A DNA stretch of 64,000 nucleotides. Origin: Piedraia hortae CBS 480.64. Its lineage: Eukaryota. Within the stretch, counting starts at the first letter, position 1. Each line of letters starts with the position of its first letter. The stretch covers positions 6,138 to 70,137 of the forward strand of contig MU005970.1 of NCBI GenBank assembly GCA_010093745.1, read 5' to 3'. Positions 11,078 to 22,952 of this stretch are shown here, piece after piece. The position numbers and the translations under genes were made by a program. The notes beneath the pieces are model-generated. The model made no database searches, had not been told where the DNA came from, and worked only from the letters and a program-made list of their open reading frames with translations.

Positions 11078-11189
11078 AATAGGAGATTGGATAAGATCGT
11101 ATATATTATGACCACAACCCATCGGAGTTCATCATACGAAGAGGTCAAACTCGAAAATAAACCACCAGGCACGGCAATCGAAGTAGATC

Positions 11190-12780
11190 AGTAAGTTCTA
11201 GCTTAGATTACTATATAAGCAGCCAGCATATATGGGCTGAGGGCATCTTGCTGATACCTCTTGTAAGGACCAGTCAACTTGGTAGGATTTGCCCTTGGAC
11301 CGGGGCTTTTGGTCAGCTCCTCCCTGTGTACTGCATGCTTTGGACTAGAGAAGAACCCCCTTCAGGTCCGCTGGGGCTTCGGCATCTCGACCTTGCGTCT
11401 GTTCGACATCTTGCGGACTGGTAGCGAGCGATGCCTTGGATTGACAATACCATACACGAGTTATGGTGAACTCTGTCTTCTCGTAGTTTGCCATATGCAC
11501 CTGGTAGATGCCTGACCATGGTATACGAGAAGCTCGCTGCATATTCGTCCAGGTGATCACCTCATTAAACAATGTTCGGGCCTCATAAAAGGTCAGGTCC
11601 TCTTTCTGTACGTGTTTCGTCGCCCTATCGAAAAACGCCAGCGTTGTATTGCAGGCTTCTTCAAGTGTCCTGCGATGTAACGGGCTTTGGCAGAAGTTCT
11701 GCGATTTTAGGGTCCTGTTCGTCTATAAAAGGAAGCAACTCAAAAACGTTTTATCATCTCAAACGTCGACGATTAGCGCGTCGCATTGTGCTACTTCGGG
11801 GCCAGATCGGTATATCGATTGAGTTTCGTTGACTGCTTCGACGTGTCGAGATATTTCATCCACTGGTGTATCTGATTAAGCTCCTCGTCAAAAGAGGCCA
11901 AATAAACTTCCACCGCGATATTGAAGCAATGGCTTGCGCAGCCTCTGAAGGGGATGTGCGAACCTCTGGCGAATTCGCGGTTTGTTGAGCAGTTGTCCCT
12001 AACGATCAAGAAGATATCACTCATGGATCTGTTATACTCCACGAGAATCTCGTTAAACGTATCCCGGTGGCTGATTGCATCGTAACTTGTCTTATCTTCG
12101 AATTTACAGAAGGCGATCATGGGAGGCCGGACTCGACAGCTGCATAAATGTACGATTTGAGGTCGTCGAGCTCGTCGGGAAGGTTAACCAGCTTGTATTT
12201 CGGCTTCAGCAGAGCCTCAATGTATGCGAACGACTTGAAGTAGCGCCATGTGCATGTTTCCAGCGTTTGCTGCATAGTGGCTAAGCAGCCCTCAAATCCG
12301 GCATGGTACCTGACATATCTTCGGATGCTCATCCCCGAAAGTGAAGCTTCGTTGACCGTCGTTAGCAGGCAATTCATGATAGCAAGGCCAGCAGATGCAG
12401 CTCTGTAACAACCAAGGCATCGCTCTCTTTGCTTTGAAATGCCGATGTATTGGACTGTCCTAGCCGATACCGGTATTGGCTGCAAGAGATCGCCGCAGGC
12501 GAGCCCTGACAATTTCTTTTTCCCATCCAAATAGTAGACGGCAAAGATTGCAAGATAAGGACGAGTCTTGCTTCCAGATGTCAAGTCTTGGGCCAAGCCT
12601 CGAAGAAAGTCCTCGTCCAATATGGTAGCTTTGATAATTTTATCGCAAACCGTCATGCAGTGTCTGCGAATGGCTTGGAGGTTGATGGGTTTTATATTCT
12701 TCTATGAATCTCAACGCGGACAACTTGATAAACCTAGGGGCAGTTCATCCTCTTTGAAACAATCATGAAACGATCATGAG
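11190..12780 (-). mobile_element. Degenerate hAT-like DNA transposase relic, interrupted by a ~386-bp insert
   Basis: Collinear fragments ELPLG..IKPINL; YLAIFAVY; IVRDNCSTN..PFRGCASHCFNIAV (D..CxxH motif); APK*HNATR*SSTFEMIKRF (TRWSST motif); ELLPFIDEQDPKIAELLP. Multiple stops and frameshifts; element ends not defined. Confidence 0.7.
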
Positions 12781-12879
12781 TTTAGGTATAATCGGAAGCA
12801 AACATAAGCCGCCCCTTTTATTTCTCTTCGTATCAACTCCACAGCGTTTATGTAGCGAGTTTCTTGTGAATTTCAAGTA

Positions 12880-13941
12880 TTAGGCAGTGCTTTGGTGCGT
12901 ATCGAGCTTTTCTGCTAGCGCATCCAGCTTAGAATTGATGAGTTTCGCAAATGCCGCAAAGTTTTCGCGAGCCTGGTCGAGCTCCGTTGCCTGGGGCCGG
13001 ACCAGGTCCCGTTGCATGTCTAAGTCTCTTCCCAGTGCGACGGCAAACTTTAGTGTCGTTTCAAAACAATTTCCGGATTCGTTCAGCTGCATGAGATCTA
13101 GTGACCTCTGCTCTTCAAGTTTCCGTGGTAGGTCGTGAATTTGCGTAGACAGCGCACCATCACTGTTCAAAATTGCTTCGGCGTTATCAACGGCCAGATC
13201 CTTTCCCCGGTCTAGCTGCTTGGATATCGTTTCAAGACGGACTGTCAGGTCTTGGTGGTCGTCATCGAATGCTTCAGCAATCTTGAAGGTTGTTTTGTGC
13301 TGCTGGGTGGTCTCCCTGGTGAGGTTGCTGAACTGTGTCATTAACTTCTGGAGGTCCGACTGGTCTGTTGCAGCGTTGTTGGCATACAACGCCTGCAACT
13401 GGTTAACCTGTTCAGAGAGGGCGGAGAGACGGGTCATAACATCGTTGTTAGACCCCGATCGCGGCAAGGCTAGATGTCTTCTGCTAATCCACATCTCGGG
13501 CGAAGTTGATCATCTCTCAAAGTCCGGTAGCCGTTCACAATGGCCTGGGTAGGATTCATCTGACCCAATCTCTTTGCCCCGCGCCACGATGCCATCATCA
13601 TGTCGAAAACAAGGGCCGGAACCAGGGCGAGAATAAACAGCAGAAGGGTGAAATTTGCCGCCGGAAGGAAGCTGACCGTACTTCTGCAGCTGAAAAGTTT
13701 AGGCCACAGATAGGCGAGATGGCAGTGGCAGTGGACGTAGCAAAGGTGGTCGCGGATGCCGAGGGCTCCTGAACGAAAAAAAGCAGTTTCGAAGATATCA
13801 TCATCCCAGTAATTGGCGGGGAAGTCGGTAACGGCGCCGGGGGAGGTGTTCCCGAGAAGGTGGGTTTGGCCCATGCTGATTGTGGTCCCGATGACCGAAA
13901 AGATGGCACGAAAGATGTCGCGTATAAGGTAGAAGATCATG
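12880..13941 (-). pseudogene. Possible frameshifted or lineage-specific gene: hydrophobic N-part plus coiled-coil C-part
   Basis: Two overlapping minus-strand ORFs (13470-14189 and 12880-13494). The second has heptad-like character. No family recognised. Confidence 0.3.
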
Positions 13942-14578
13942 ATAATAGAGAAGTAGTGTAGAGGAGCGTGCTGTGGAGGAAAGAGAAGGAGAGGAGAGAC
14001 CGCATTTAAGTAGAAGTTATCAAATCGGTTCACCCAGGAGAGCCATAGGATTGAATCGATCCAGGTAAAGCAGTGTTCTAAGAACTCGCTTACTTTCTCA
14101 AAAGAGCAAATGGTTTTCTTCGAATCGAAGCAAAGTGAAAGTAAGTTGAGGTATAGTTTGAGGAACCTCAACATCGAGAGGATAACCATGAGGTGAGACT
14201 GCGTTGTAGGGCTCGATGCGTAAAATATGTAGACCCAGGTATCTGGTCTGAGATAGTGTACACAGTGGACCGCGGAGAGGGGAAAATGTCCAAGTAAGAG
14301 TCGGTTCTCACGTACATGAAGAATTTTAGCTACGTACGATTAGAACATGTGGCAAAAAAGGTTGTCCTGGCCGGTACTGTGAGATTGGCATGAATTCAGT
14401 CCAGGGAAGTTGCAGTAAAGTAGAGGAGCAACCTAAAGTGAAATTCAGTCGTCTGTGGATACAGAAAGGTTAAAAACTTAAAGGCTTGGCTTGAAGCAAA
14501 CGGATTGGTCCGACACGACTTCTGGCCCCACAACGCGCGCGCACGTTCAACTCTCCACAACGCACTTACCACAACAAA

Positions 14579-15814
14579 ATGGCCGATGTTGATGAAGATG
14601 CGATTCCAAAGTCAGCTCCGATCGATGATGTAGAGGATGAGATTCAGGACTTTCGCTTCCTGGCCAACTTATCGTAGGTCTGCGATATGAATTTCAGCGT
14701 ATAGCTGACATCATCAAGAAATAATTGTGCAAAAATACCAAAGCGAGGTGAAAAGGACTTTGAGCCTCATGAAACGAACCTGCAATCGCAAACATTGGCT
14801 GCATCACGGCAGGCAATGTATGACGCTTTGTCTGCACGAAGAATCCACGCACCGAAATCACATAACGTAGCAACCTATCATCCGGCGACGAACATGGCCT
14901 ATACAATCAACCCCAAAGGCCCTCTTTTTGTCAAAATAGGCAAGGTTTTGGCAGCCAAAGAGGATCCGTTTGGCGACCAAGGCCTGCGTGGACAGAGGGT
15001 GTGGCTACTCCCTGAAGAAGTTCTTTACCTGATTGACAGGGGGACTGTGGACGTGCGGTGGCCTACCAGCGAAGACAAAGAGGAAGACGAAGAAGGTCTC
15101 GTGATGAGTGTGCAAGGTGCTTATGCCACTTTTCTTGGCAGCGATGTTGCTCGCACAGGCCATCTCACCATGGACCGTTACACCGTCTACTCAAATCTGA
15201 AGCGTGCCGGCTACACCGTCATGCGTGCACCAAGCTGGAGTGGCATGAAATCGATCAGCAGGCCGTCACAGCACACTTTCGAAGTGGGACTGTCATGTGC
15301 CAGAAAGGCATGGAGGTCTTTGTGGAAAGAGAACGACAGGGAGCCACTAGTGGGGCCCGGTATATTTCGAAACTATACCGATGTTTACCGTCGTCTGGCC
15401 TTGATTGAATGGTACGATCCAACCAGATCGGATCATGTGTCCTCGTCAGACTGTTCGATGCATGTTGCGTTTCACGTCTGGAAGCCTGGGTCGACGCGAT
15501 TCAAAAAATCAGATCCGGGATCCCCAGACTATCGTATTGTGGTAGTTGATGGACGAGAGACAACGTTGCCCTCGCTTGAGGAGCTTGACACATTGATGTC
15601 TACTCTGCCGGACGACTGGCCCCGAGATGATGCGCAACTGCATATGAAACTGAAACACGGATACAGAAATGTGGTTCTCGCAGTGGTGGATCAGGGCGTG
15701 GTCAGCTATCTGACGTGGGCAGATGCGGCGTTTGGCAAGGAAAAGCTCTACGAGCGGAAGGCGTCGACGCGTGGTAAAGGTGGGCGGGGGCGGGGCAGAG
15801 CACGCGGCAAATGA
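14579..15814 (+). CDS. SEN54: tRNA-splicing endonuclease subunit Sen54
   Basis: MADVDEDAIP..DEIQDFRFL, intron 14674-14718 (GTAGGT..CTGAC..AAG), IPKRGEKDFEP, WLLPEEVLYLIDRG, YSNLKRAGY, LKHGYRNVVLAVVDQGVVSY. Confidence 0.92.
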
Positions 15815-16034
15815 CATAGGCGGGGGATTGACGGGAAACGACAGATGACAGGTTACGGGGAAGATGACGTAATTTGCCCCCTAGACACCGAGGCGCGCCC
15901 CCCGCCTCGACCCAAAGGGGCAAAGCCTGAGCTATTTACGGTACATACGGCCGTCTAAAGCAACAACACCCTCCACGTGCGGTAGACCATGATTCCCGCC
16001 TTGTAGTTTGCTCTGCAGAGGCCACAACGCGGTC

Positions 16035-18021
16035 ATGTCGGCGTTGACGAGCAAACGAAGATCGAGCACGATGCCGCACGTCGGCGAAAGAGATGGAAAA
16101 CGAACGTTCTCAGGCCTCAATCTGAGCGCCAATACAAAGGTGAACAGTTCGACGACCAGCCAGAAGATCAAAAACTTCTTCCGCATCAAGGCCGATGGGG
16201 TGGACAACAAGGATGGCCAGGACTGGGGTAGGTCGCCGCAGAAGTCGGGATTGCGAAACAGCCGCTTCATGTCGCACCTGGGCCGTACGCGGAGCACAAC
16301 GGTCGTGTCGGAGGGCAACCCGCTAGACGATGGCATGAGTCCGACGGCCCATGCGAATCCATATTTCCAGCACCAGGGACCGCCTGCCATCCGTCACCAC
16401 AACGACGGCAGCGTGCCACCCTCGCCTACAGGAGCCCAGCATATAACAGCGGAAGAAGCAGCCAATAGGGAGGAACTGGCGCGGAAACTGCGGAGAGTGG
16501 CCAGCGCCCCCAATACTCAGGCTTTATTCGCCCAGGCCAACGGCAACAGCAGGCCTGTTACGGCCGAGTTAGACTCCCCCACCAAAGCAATGATGCCTAC
16601 TGTCACTGCACACAGCACCGATAGCGCCAGCAGCACAGTTGACACTGTCTCCACCAAAGCTGAGCTACTGCCGGTGCCGGGCATTACGCCGGGGAAGATC
16701 CGCAATAGCATTGCCTTCCGCCGCACGTACAGCAGCAACAGTATAAAAGTCAGAAACGTCGAGGTCGGGCCGGCGAGTTTTGACAAGATCAAGTTGATTG
16801 GAAAGGGCGACGTGGGTAAGGTGTATTTGGTGCGGGAGAAGAAGAGCACCAGGCTGTATGCCATGAAGGGTGGGTATATGCAATGCTGACTGGACTGATG
16901 ATGACTGACGGTGTACAGTACTTTCCAAATCGGAAATGATCAAACGTAACAAGATCAAACGAGCGCTGGCGGAGCAGGAAATTCTTGCCACTTCTAACCA
17001 TCCGTTCATCGTGACTCTGTATCACAGTTTCCAGTCAGAAGATCATCTGTATCTCTGCATGGAGTACTGCTCTGGTGGCGAGTTTTTCCGTGCGTTGCAA
17101 ACGCGGCCGAACAAGTGTGTAGATGAAGACGCTGCGCGGTTCTACGCTGCCGAGGTGACGGCGGCGTTGGAGTATCTGCACCTCATGGGCTTCATCTACC
17201 GCGATTTGAAGCCGGAGAACATTTTGCTGCATCAGTCGGGGCACATTATGTTGTCAGACTTTGATCTCAGCAAGCAGTCCGATCTTGGCGGCGTACCGGC
17301 CATGATTCTTGCCAACAGCCGTACGCATTCTGGCATCTCGTCCAACCCCAACCCGGGCAACCTGCCCACCATTAACACAAAGGAATGTATAGGCAACTTT
17401 AGGACCAACAGCTTCGTTGGGACCGAAGAGTACATTGCGCCCGAAGTGATCAAAGGCTGTGGACACACGAGCGCAGTGGACTGGTGGACGCTGGGCATTT
17501 TGATCTACGAAATGCTATTTGGCACGACGCCGTACAAGGGCAAGAACCGGAACGCGACGTTTGCCAACATCCTACGGGACGAGGTCACGTTTCCAGACGG
17601 AACAAATCCAATCTCAGGGTATGTCACCCAAAAACCAGAATGTCTCGGCCACTGACCTTAGCTCTGCAGGCTTTGCAAATCTCTGATTCGCAAATTGCTG
17701 ATCAAGGATGAGCTGCGTCGACTGGGATCACGCGCGGGAGCATCGGATGTCAAGGCACATCCCTTCTTCCGCAACACGTCTTGGGCGTTGCTTAGGCATC
17801 AGAAGCCGCCCATCATCCCGATTCAAGGACGCGGGATTGACACGGTCAATTTCCGCAATGTCAAAGAGTCGCATTCGGTTGATATAGGAAACACGAATGC
17901 GATGCCATCGTCCAAGATGAAGGGCGTCCCGTTGGATTCGGGCCTTGCCACGCCTGGTTGCGAAATTGCGGATCCATTTGAAGAGTTTAACAGCGTCACG
18001 TTGCATCATGAGGTGGGATAA
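16035..18021 (+). CDS. nrc-2: AGC Ser/Thr kinase of the nrc-2/KIN82/FPK1 family
   Basis: [44 protein letters not shown]. Introns 16870-16918 and 17619-17669. Start could instead be 16071. Confidence 0.93.
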
Positions 18022-18195
18022 CGAGGATAGCATTGGTTTTTTTTTCTTTTTTTTGTGTGTGTGTTCACGTCCAAGCGGGGGGCGTTTTTCGATCGTTCTA
18101 CAGTCATTCTTGAAGGCGCCAATAAAGTGTGTGGCAGGCAGACACATTGAAATAACAGTAGAGGTGTGGGTTCTCTTTCCTTCGTCCTTCCAACA

Positions 18196-18506
18196 ATGGA
18201 AGACACAACCACGTCCCTGAATAACAACGAATCGACCTTCTCTCCACTGGAGCAAGACGTCCTCAATGAATACGCGCGTCTCGTCTCCAACCTAGACAAT
18301 GTAAACCTCCCCTTTCCCCGGCATATCGCATGAAATTTAATAAAATGTAAAAGATGTCCGCAATCCTGGGCGAACTGGCTGAGCGGCCATCGGCAGAGAT
18401 TTTAGATTCGCTACGCGGGCTGGAGCGCAAGACAACGACCGTGTTTACACTGCTCAAAGCGAGCGTGTATTCGATTATCTTGCAAGACGAGATCGCGCAC
18501 TCTTAG
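18196..18506 (+). CDS. DAD3: DASH/Dam1 complex subunit Dad3
   Basis: Not in the ORF track. Exons 18196-18300 and 18354-18506 give FSPLEQDVLNEYARLVSNLDN-MSAILGEL..ILDSLRGLERKTTTVFTLLKASVYSIIL. Confidence 0.9.
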
Positions 18507-18666
18507 CCGTTTGTCACCATCACGGAGGAGCGCATACTTTTCATAGCCCTCGCATCAAAAAATCATCATACACATACAAAAGCTCATTACTTTTGTTTCT
18601 CCCCTCGCTTCATCAGTAAACAACAGACATTATAGAATCAGACAGATCATCATGATTTGGGGGGAA

Positions 18667-19898
18667 TCAATTAATAAATGGCCGCTTTTCGCTGCCAACC
18701 ATGGCAAAGCCGAGAGCGAGCAGGCCAGAAGGGTCATCAGCGCGGATGATAGTGGGGGGAGGCGCACGCGGACGAGCGATATCGACCGCCTCGGCCTCTT
18801 TGACCGACTGTGAGATGGCGTCCAGCTCCTCTCTGCACCGCGTACGGTCAAACGGACACACGTCAATGGGCATCCGCAGGACAATGTCCCTAGATGAGGA
18901 GAGCTTTGCCTGTTTCCGAACATTAGTTTGTTGGAGGGTCCTAGGGTAATTGACCTCACCTTTACGGAAAGATAGTAGTCGATGCGGTAAAGATCGGTAA
19001 TGGTGGTGAAGCCCGAGACGGCGTACATTGGAAACTTTCGCTGACTTCGCGGTAATAAACCGTCAGAATCTCGGAGTTTCTTTTCGGGGAAGACGAGGCC
19101 GAGATTTGTGCTATAGCCGGCATCGGACAGATTGGCCTTCACCTGGTGTTCCTGCCGCGCGAGGTCCTTGCTATACAGCTTGGCCTCGTCTCCTCTGTCG
19201 TACGTCGTTTCTTCTACTATGCTTACGGTTATTGACTGCACTTTGACCTTGCGAGCCCTGACCAGCCAATCGGGGTTCGGCGTCAGCTGCACATATACAG
19301 ATACGGGATCGGCGGGTCCGTAGCTCCACCGCGGCAGATTGACCGACAACTTCACCAAGTGATCGGCCGTCTCTTCGCCCGTCTTCGGGTTGTTGTACAT
19401 GCCAAACGAGCTCAGTGTGTTGTAACGGCGTATGGGAACGTCAAAGAGAAACTCGTTACGCCGCATGTCCGTCACCGGCTGCTGCACCGTCACAACAAGC
19501 TCGTAGTACGTTTCGGCCGCACGCTTCTCCAGCTGCAAACTCGCAGGTGGTGTATCGTGGCCGTTGGGAAGGAATAAGACAAACGGAAGATCCATGAGAT
19601 AGACTGGCTCGGATTCGCGACCGGCAGCGCATTTGAACAGTAGCAATTCGTGGCACACGGGGTGTGTAGTGTCACGGCGGGCCGTCGGTAGTTGGAACAG
19701 CGAATCGACGGTACGGTTGATGGAGTTGCGGCGGCGCAGGGAAATGTCGACGCGCGAAATCAGCACCGGTGCAGTCACGCCGTCGCGCGGGCGAATCTCC
19801 ACGGTGCCAACGATGCGCGCCTTGGTCGCGTCGACGCCCGGATAGCCGATGACGAAGTTTTCGTTGGCCGGACCGCTGACGCGTACAAAGGCCGACAT
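18667..19898 (-). CDS. Arrestin-fold domain protein
   Basis: MSAFVRVSGP..IGYPG, PPASLQL, AETYYELVV, LPRWSYGPADPV. Intron 18959-18910 (GTGAGG..CTAAT..CAG) joins the last exon. Confidence 0.75.
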
Positions 19899-20078
19899 GT
19901 CCGTGGCATTGGGGAAATTGGCCGCCGTCTGTTGTTCGCGTCGTCTGCCCCGCCGTTGTCCCCCGCGTCACATGGAGTCCTGTAATGTTACATTATGTCA
20001 CTGTCACAATTTACCGTTATCCACGTCCCACACTACCGGCCACCCCCACATCCCCCCACCTGAAACAAGTCTGGCCTC

Positions 20079-20570
20079 ATGTCCCTTACACTTCACACCT
20101 CCCACGGCCAGATAAAAGTGGATCTCTTCTGCTCCTTATGTCCCAAGACATGCTACAACTTCCTCGCCCTCGCCGCCACCGGTGCTTATGAGAGCAGTCC
20201 GTTTCACCGCATTATTCCGGGCTTCATCGTCCAGACGGGCTCCCCCGCCAGTGCAGGCATCAAAAGCAGCCCATCAATCTACGGCTTCCCTTTTGAAGAC
20301 GAGATCCGCTCCTCGCTAAGACATAATGCCAAGGGAATATTGAGCATGGCTAACAAAGGCCCTGGGACGAATGGGAGCCAGTTCTTCATCACCCTGGCCC
20401 CCGCCCCGCACTTGGACGGAAAGAACTCCGTCTTTGGTCGCGTCATTGATGGCTGGGAGACGCTAGATGAGCTGGAAAAGACTGAGGTGGATGCTAAGGG
20501 TCGGCCTGCCAACCAAAAGGTCACGGTGGACAAGGTCGAGATCCATGCTAACCCTCTGGCGGATGAGTAG
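20079..20570 (+). CDS. Cyclophilin-type peptidyl-prolyl isomerase (PPIL3-like)
   Basis: PKTCYNFLAL, FHRIIPGFIVQTG, LSMANKGPGTNGSQFFIT, HLDGKNSVFG, IHANPLA. Confidence 0.93.
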   Translation: MSLTLHTSHGQIKVDLFCSLCPKTCYNFLALAATGAYESSPFHRIIPGFIVQTGSPASAGIKSSPSIYGFPFEDEIRSSLRHNAKGILSMANKGPGTNGSQFFITLAPAPHLDGKNSVFGRVIDGWETLDELEKTEVDAKGRPANQKVTVDKVEIHANPLADE

Positions 20571-20578
20571 AGTAGACA

Positions 20579-21103
20579 TTAGATTTTTAAAAAGTCCATA
20601 AGGTCGAACTCGGGCTTTTTGTGGTTAGGCTGCGGTCGAGACGTTGACTTTGCGTCTGCCAGGAGCGATTGGAGCGTTGGTTTGTGCTTCGCGCGCGTTT
20701 TGCGGTTTGACTTGGCAGATTGTTGTGCTGACTGTGGTCTCGCTTCATCTGGTTGGATGTTCATCTTAGATTTAGGCAGTATCTTTACCTCATCTGACCG
20801 TATCTTCACCTCATCTGGCTGCGTCCTCGTCTCAGACTTCTTCCTTGTTCGAGGAACGTCCGTTTTAGAAGAGCACATTCCGCAGGTCAACTCGTCACTG
20901 GCTCCACCGCGTTTCCTCTTACGCACACAGTTCCAGCTTGACACGAGAATGCAGCCACATGCATTGCATGAAGTGAGTGGATCTTCTTGCTTGACCGACC
21001 TGGCCTGCCTCCTCAAATGAGCCGATACCTCTGGCGAAGCCACCATCAACAGCTCCGAAGCCTTATTCAAGTATGCGATCCTCGAAGGAGGAGCCTTGGG
21101 CAT
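20579..21103 (-). CDS. RNase P/MRP Rpr2/Rpp21/Snm1-family zinc-ribbon subunit
   Basis: RIAYLNKASELLMVASPEVSAHL, CNAC...CGMC, basic tail ending LMDFLK. Confidence 0.7.
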   Translation of the reverse strand: MPKAPPSRIAYLNKASELLMVASPEVSAHLRRQARSVKQEDPLTSCNACGCILVSSWNCVRKRKRGGASDELTCGMCSSKTDVPRTRKKSETRTQPDEVKIRSDEVKILPKSKMNIQPDEARPQSAQQSAKSNRKTRAKHKPTLQSLLADAKSTSRPQPNHKKPEFDLMDFLKI

Positions 21104-21243
21104 TGTAAAATTTCTGTCTAATTGCACACGACGGGAACGGGCCGTGCGCGCACGATATCATAATTTTCGGCTGTCACGTTTAAGTCAGGCAGAAGTGACT
21201 ACTACCTCTACCAGGTAGAGCTGGTAACTCTCGTCGCCGCCAT

Positions 21244-22584
21244 ATGCAGTCTGCTTTTCCTTCAATGTCCCCAATCTACTTTGCAATCGAGGGCTGCGGC
21301 CATGGAACTTTGCACTCCATATACGCCTCAGTCGAAGAGAGCCGGAAGCAAAAGAACTGGCCCACGGTCGACCTTCTCATCATTTGCGGTGACTTCCAGT
21401 CTGTCCGCAACGCTTATGATTTGCACTGTGTAAACATGCCGGCCAAATACCGCGCTATGCATGACTTCCACGAGTACTATTCTGGCGCGCGCAAAGCGCC
21501 ATTTCTAACGATATTTGTGGGCGGAAACCACGAGGCGACAAACTACCTCTTTGAGCTCTCCTACGGCGGTTGGGTGGCGCCAAACATCTACTACCTTGGG
21601 GCCGCAAACTTGGTGCGCTTTGGTCCCCTGCGCATCGCGGGACTCAGCGGGATCTGGAAAGGGTACGATTATCCCAAGCCACATTTCGAACGGCTCCCAT
21701 ACAACGACGACGATCTCCGGTCCATCTACCATGTTCGCAAGGTCGATGTGAGGAAGCTGCTGCAGGTGCGGGATCAGGTGGATATTGGAATCAGCCATGA
21801 CTGGCCGCGCGATGTGGTCTGGTCTGGGAACCATACGCAACTGTTTGCCTTCAAGAAACACCTTCGAGAAGATGCGCAGCAGGGGATGCTGGGAAGCGTT
21901 GCAGCGAGAGAGATACTGAATCACTTATGTCCCACGTTCTGGTTCAGCGCACATCTACATTGCAAATATGCCGCGGTGGTGAAGCGCGTTGCGAACGAGG
22001 ACGAGGTTGATCTGGATGGCGAGGGCGATCATGATGGCAAGGACAAAGAGACAAAGTTTCTCGCGCTGGATAAATGCCTGCCTCAACGTCACTTTTTGCA
22101 GTTGCTCGAAGTTCCAACTGAAAAGGAACTGGACCGTCCACTGAAGTTGGAATATGATCCGGAGTGGTTGGCCATTACGCGCGCGTTCGCGTTGAGCGAG
22201 CCGCTCACGCTGGGCGACCCAAACGCCAGTATCCCGCTCCAGAAATCTGATGAGAAATACAGAGAACTCGTCGGCAAACAACGCGCATGGGTAAATGAAA
22301 ACCTCTCGGATTTGCGAATTCCGGAAAACTTCGAAGTATCAGCGCCGGTTTACGACGGCGGCGACTGGCGGCAACCGGAATATCGTCGCGTGGAAGAGTT
22401 TCCCAACCCGCAAACTGCCGCTTTCTGTGACATGTTGAAGATCGAAAATGCTTATGATATTTCTCCCGAAGATAGAGAGGCTAGACTGAATGCTGGACCG
22501 AGACAGAGCTCAAGAGACCATGGTGCTCGTGGCGACCGCGGCAGGGGAAGAGGACGAGGCCGTGGCGGAAGAAGAGGACGCTAG
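21244..22584 (+). CDS. DBR1: RNA lariat debranching enzyme
   Basis: AIEGCGHG, GDFQSVRN, GGNHE, SHDWP, WFSAHLH, TKFLALDKCLP, NPQTAAFC; RGG tail. Confidence 0.96.
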   Translation: MQSAFPSMSPIYFAIEGCGHGTLHSIYASVEESRKQKNWPTVDLLIICGDFQSVRNAYDLHCVNMPAKYRAMHDFHEYYSGARKAPFLTIFVGGNHEATNYLFELSYGGWVAPNIYYLGAANLVRFGPLRIAGLSGIWKGYDYPKPHFERLPYNDDDLRSIYHVRKVDVRKLLQVRDQVDIGISHDWPRDVVWSGNHTQLFAFKKHLREDAQQGMLGSVAAREILNHLCPTFWFSAHLHCKYAAVVKRVANEDEVDLDGEGDHDGKDKETKFLALDKCLPQRHFLQLLEVPTEKELDRPLKLEYDPEWLAITRAFALSEPLTLGDPNASIPLQKSDEKYRELVGKQRAWVNENLSDLRIPENFEVSAPVYDGGDWRQPEYRRVEEFPNPQTAAFCDMLKIENAYDISPEDREARLNAGPRQSSRDHGARGDRGRGRGRGRGGRRGR

Positions 22585-22952
22585 GACACCTATTTGAGAG
22601 AATCGGATTGTCCTGATGGGACACGAGAACAGATACTCGCAGTGACTGCATGTTTGTGTCGTGCAAGAGCTACAACATCTGAACGGGACAATTCTGGACC
22701 AGACCACGGCAACTGCTTGCCCCTCAACCCAGAACAACACTGCTCGTACGACAGACAACATTCTCGTGAAGCAAAACCCCTCCTCATTGTCACCTGCAAT
22801 CAGCTTCGTTCACTGAGGCCGATCGCTGGCACAAGATCCGTGCAGCCTATAAAAGCCAATTCAGGGTCTGCGGGCACACTCTCTTTCCGGTAAGCCCATT
22901 TTCTGCCTGGCAGATATCGACATATCCGAGAAACAACTAGCTACAGAGAGTT

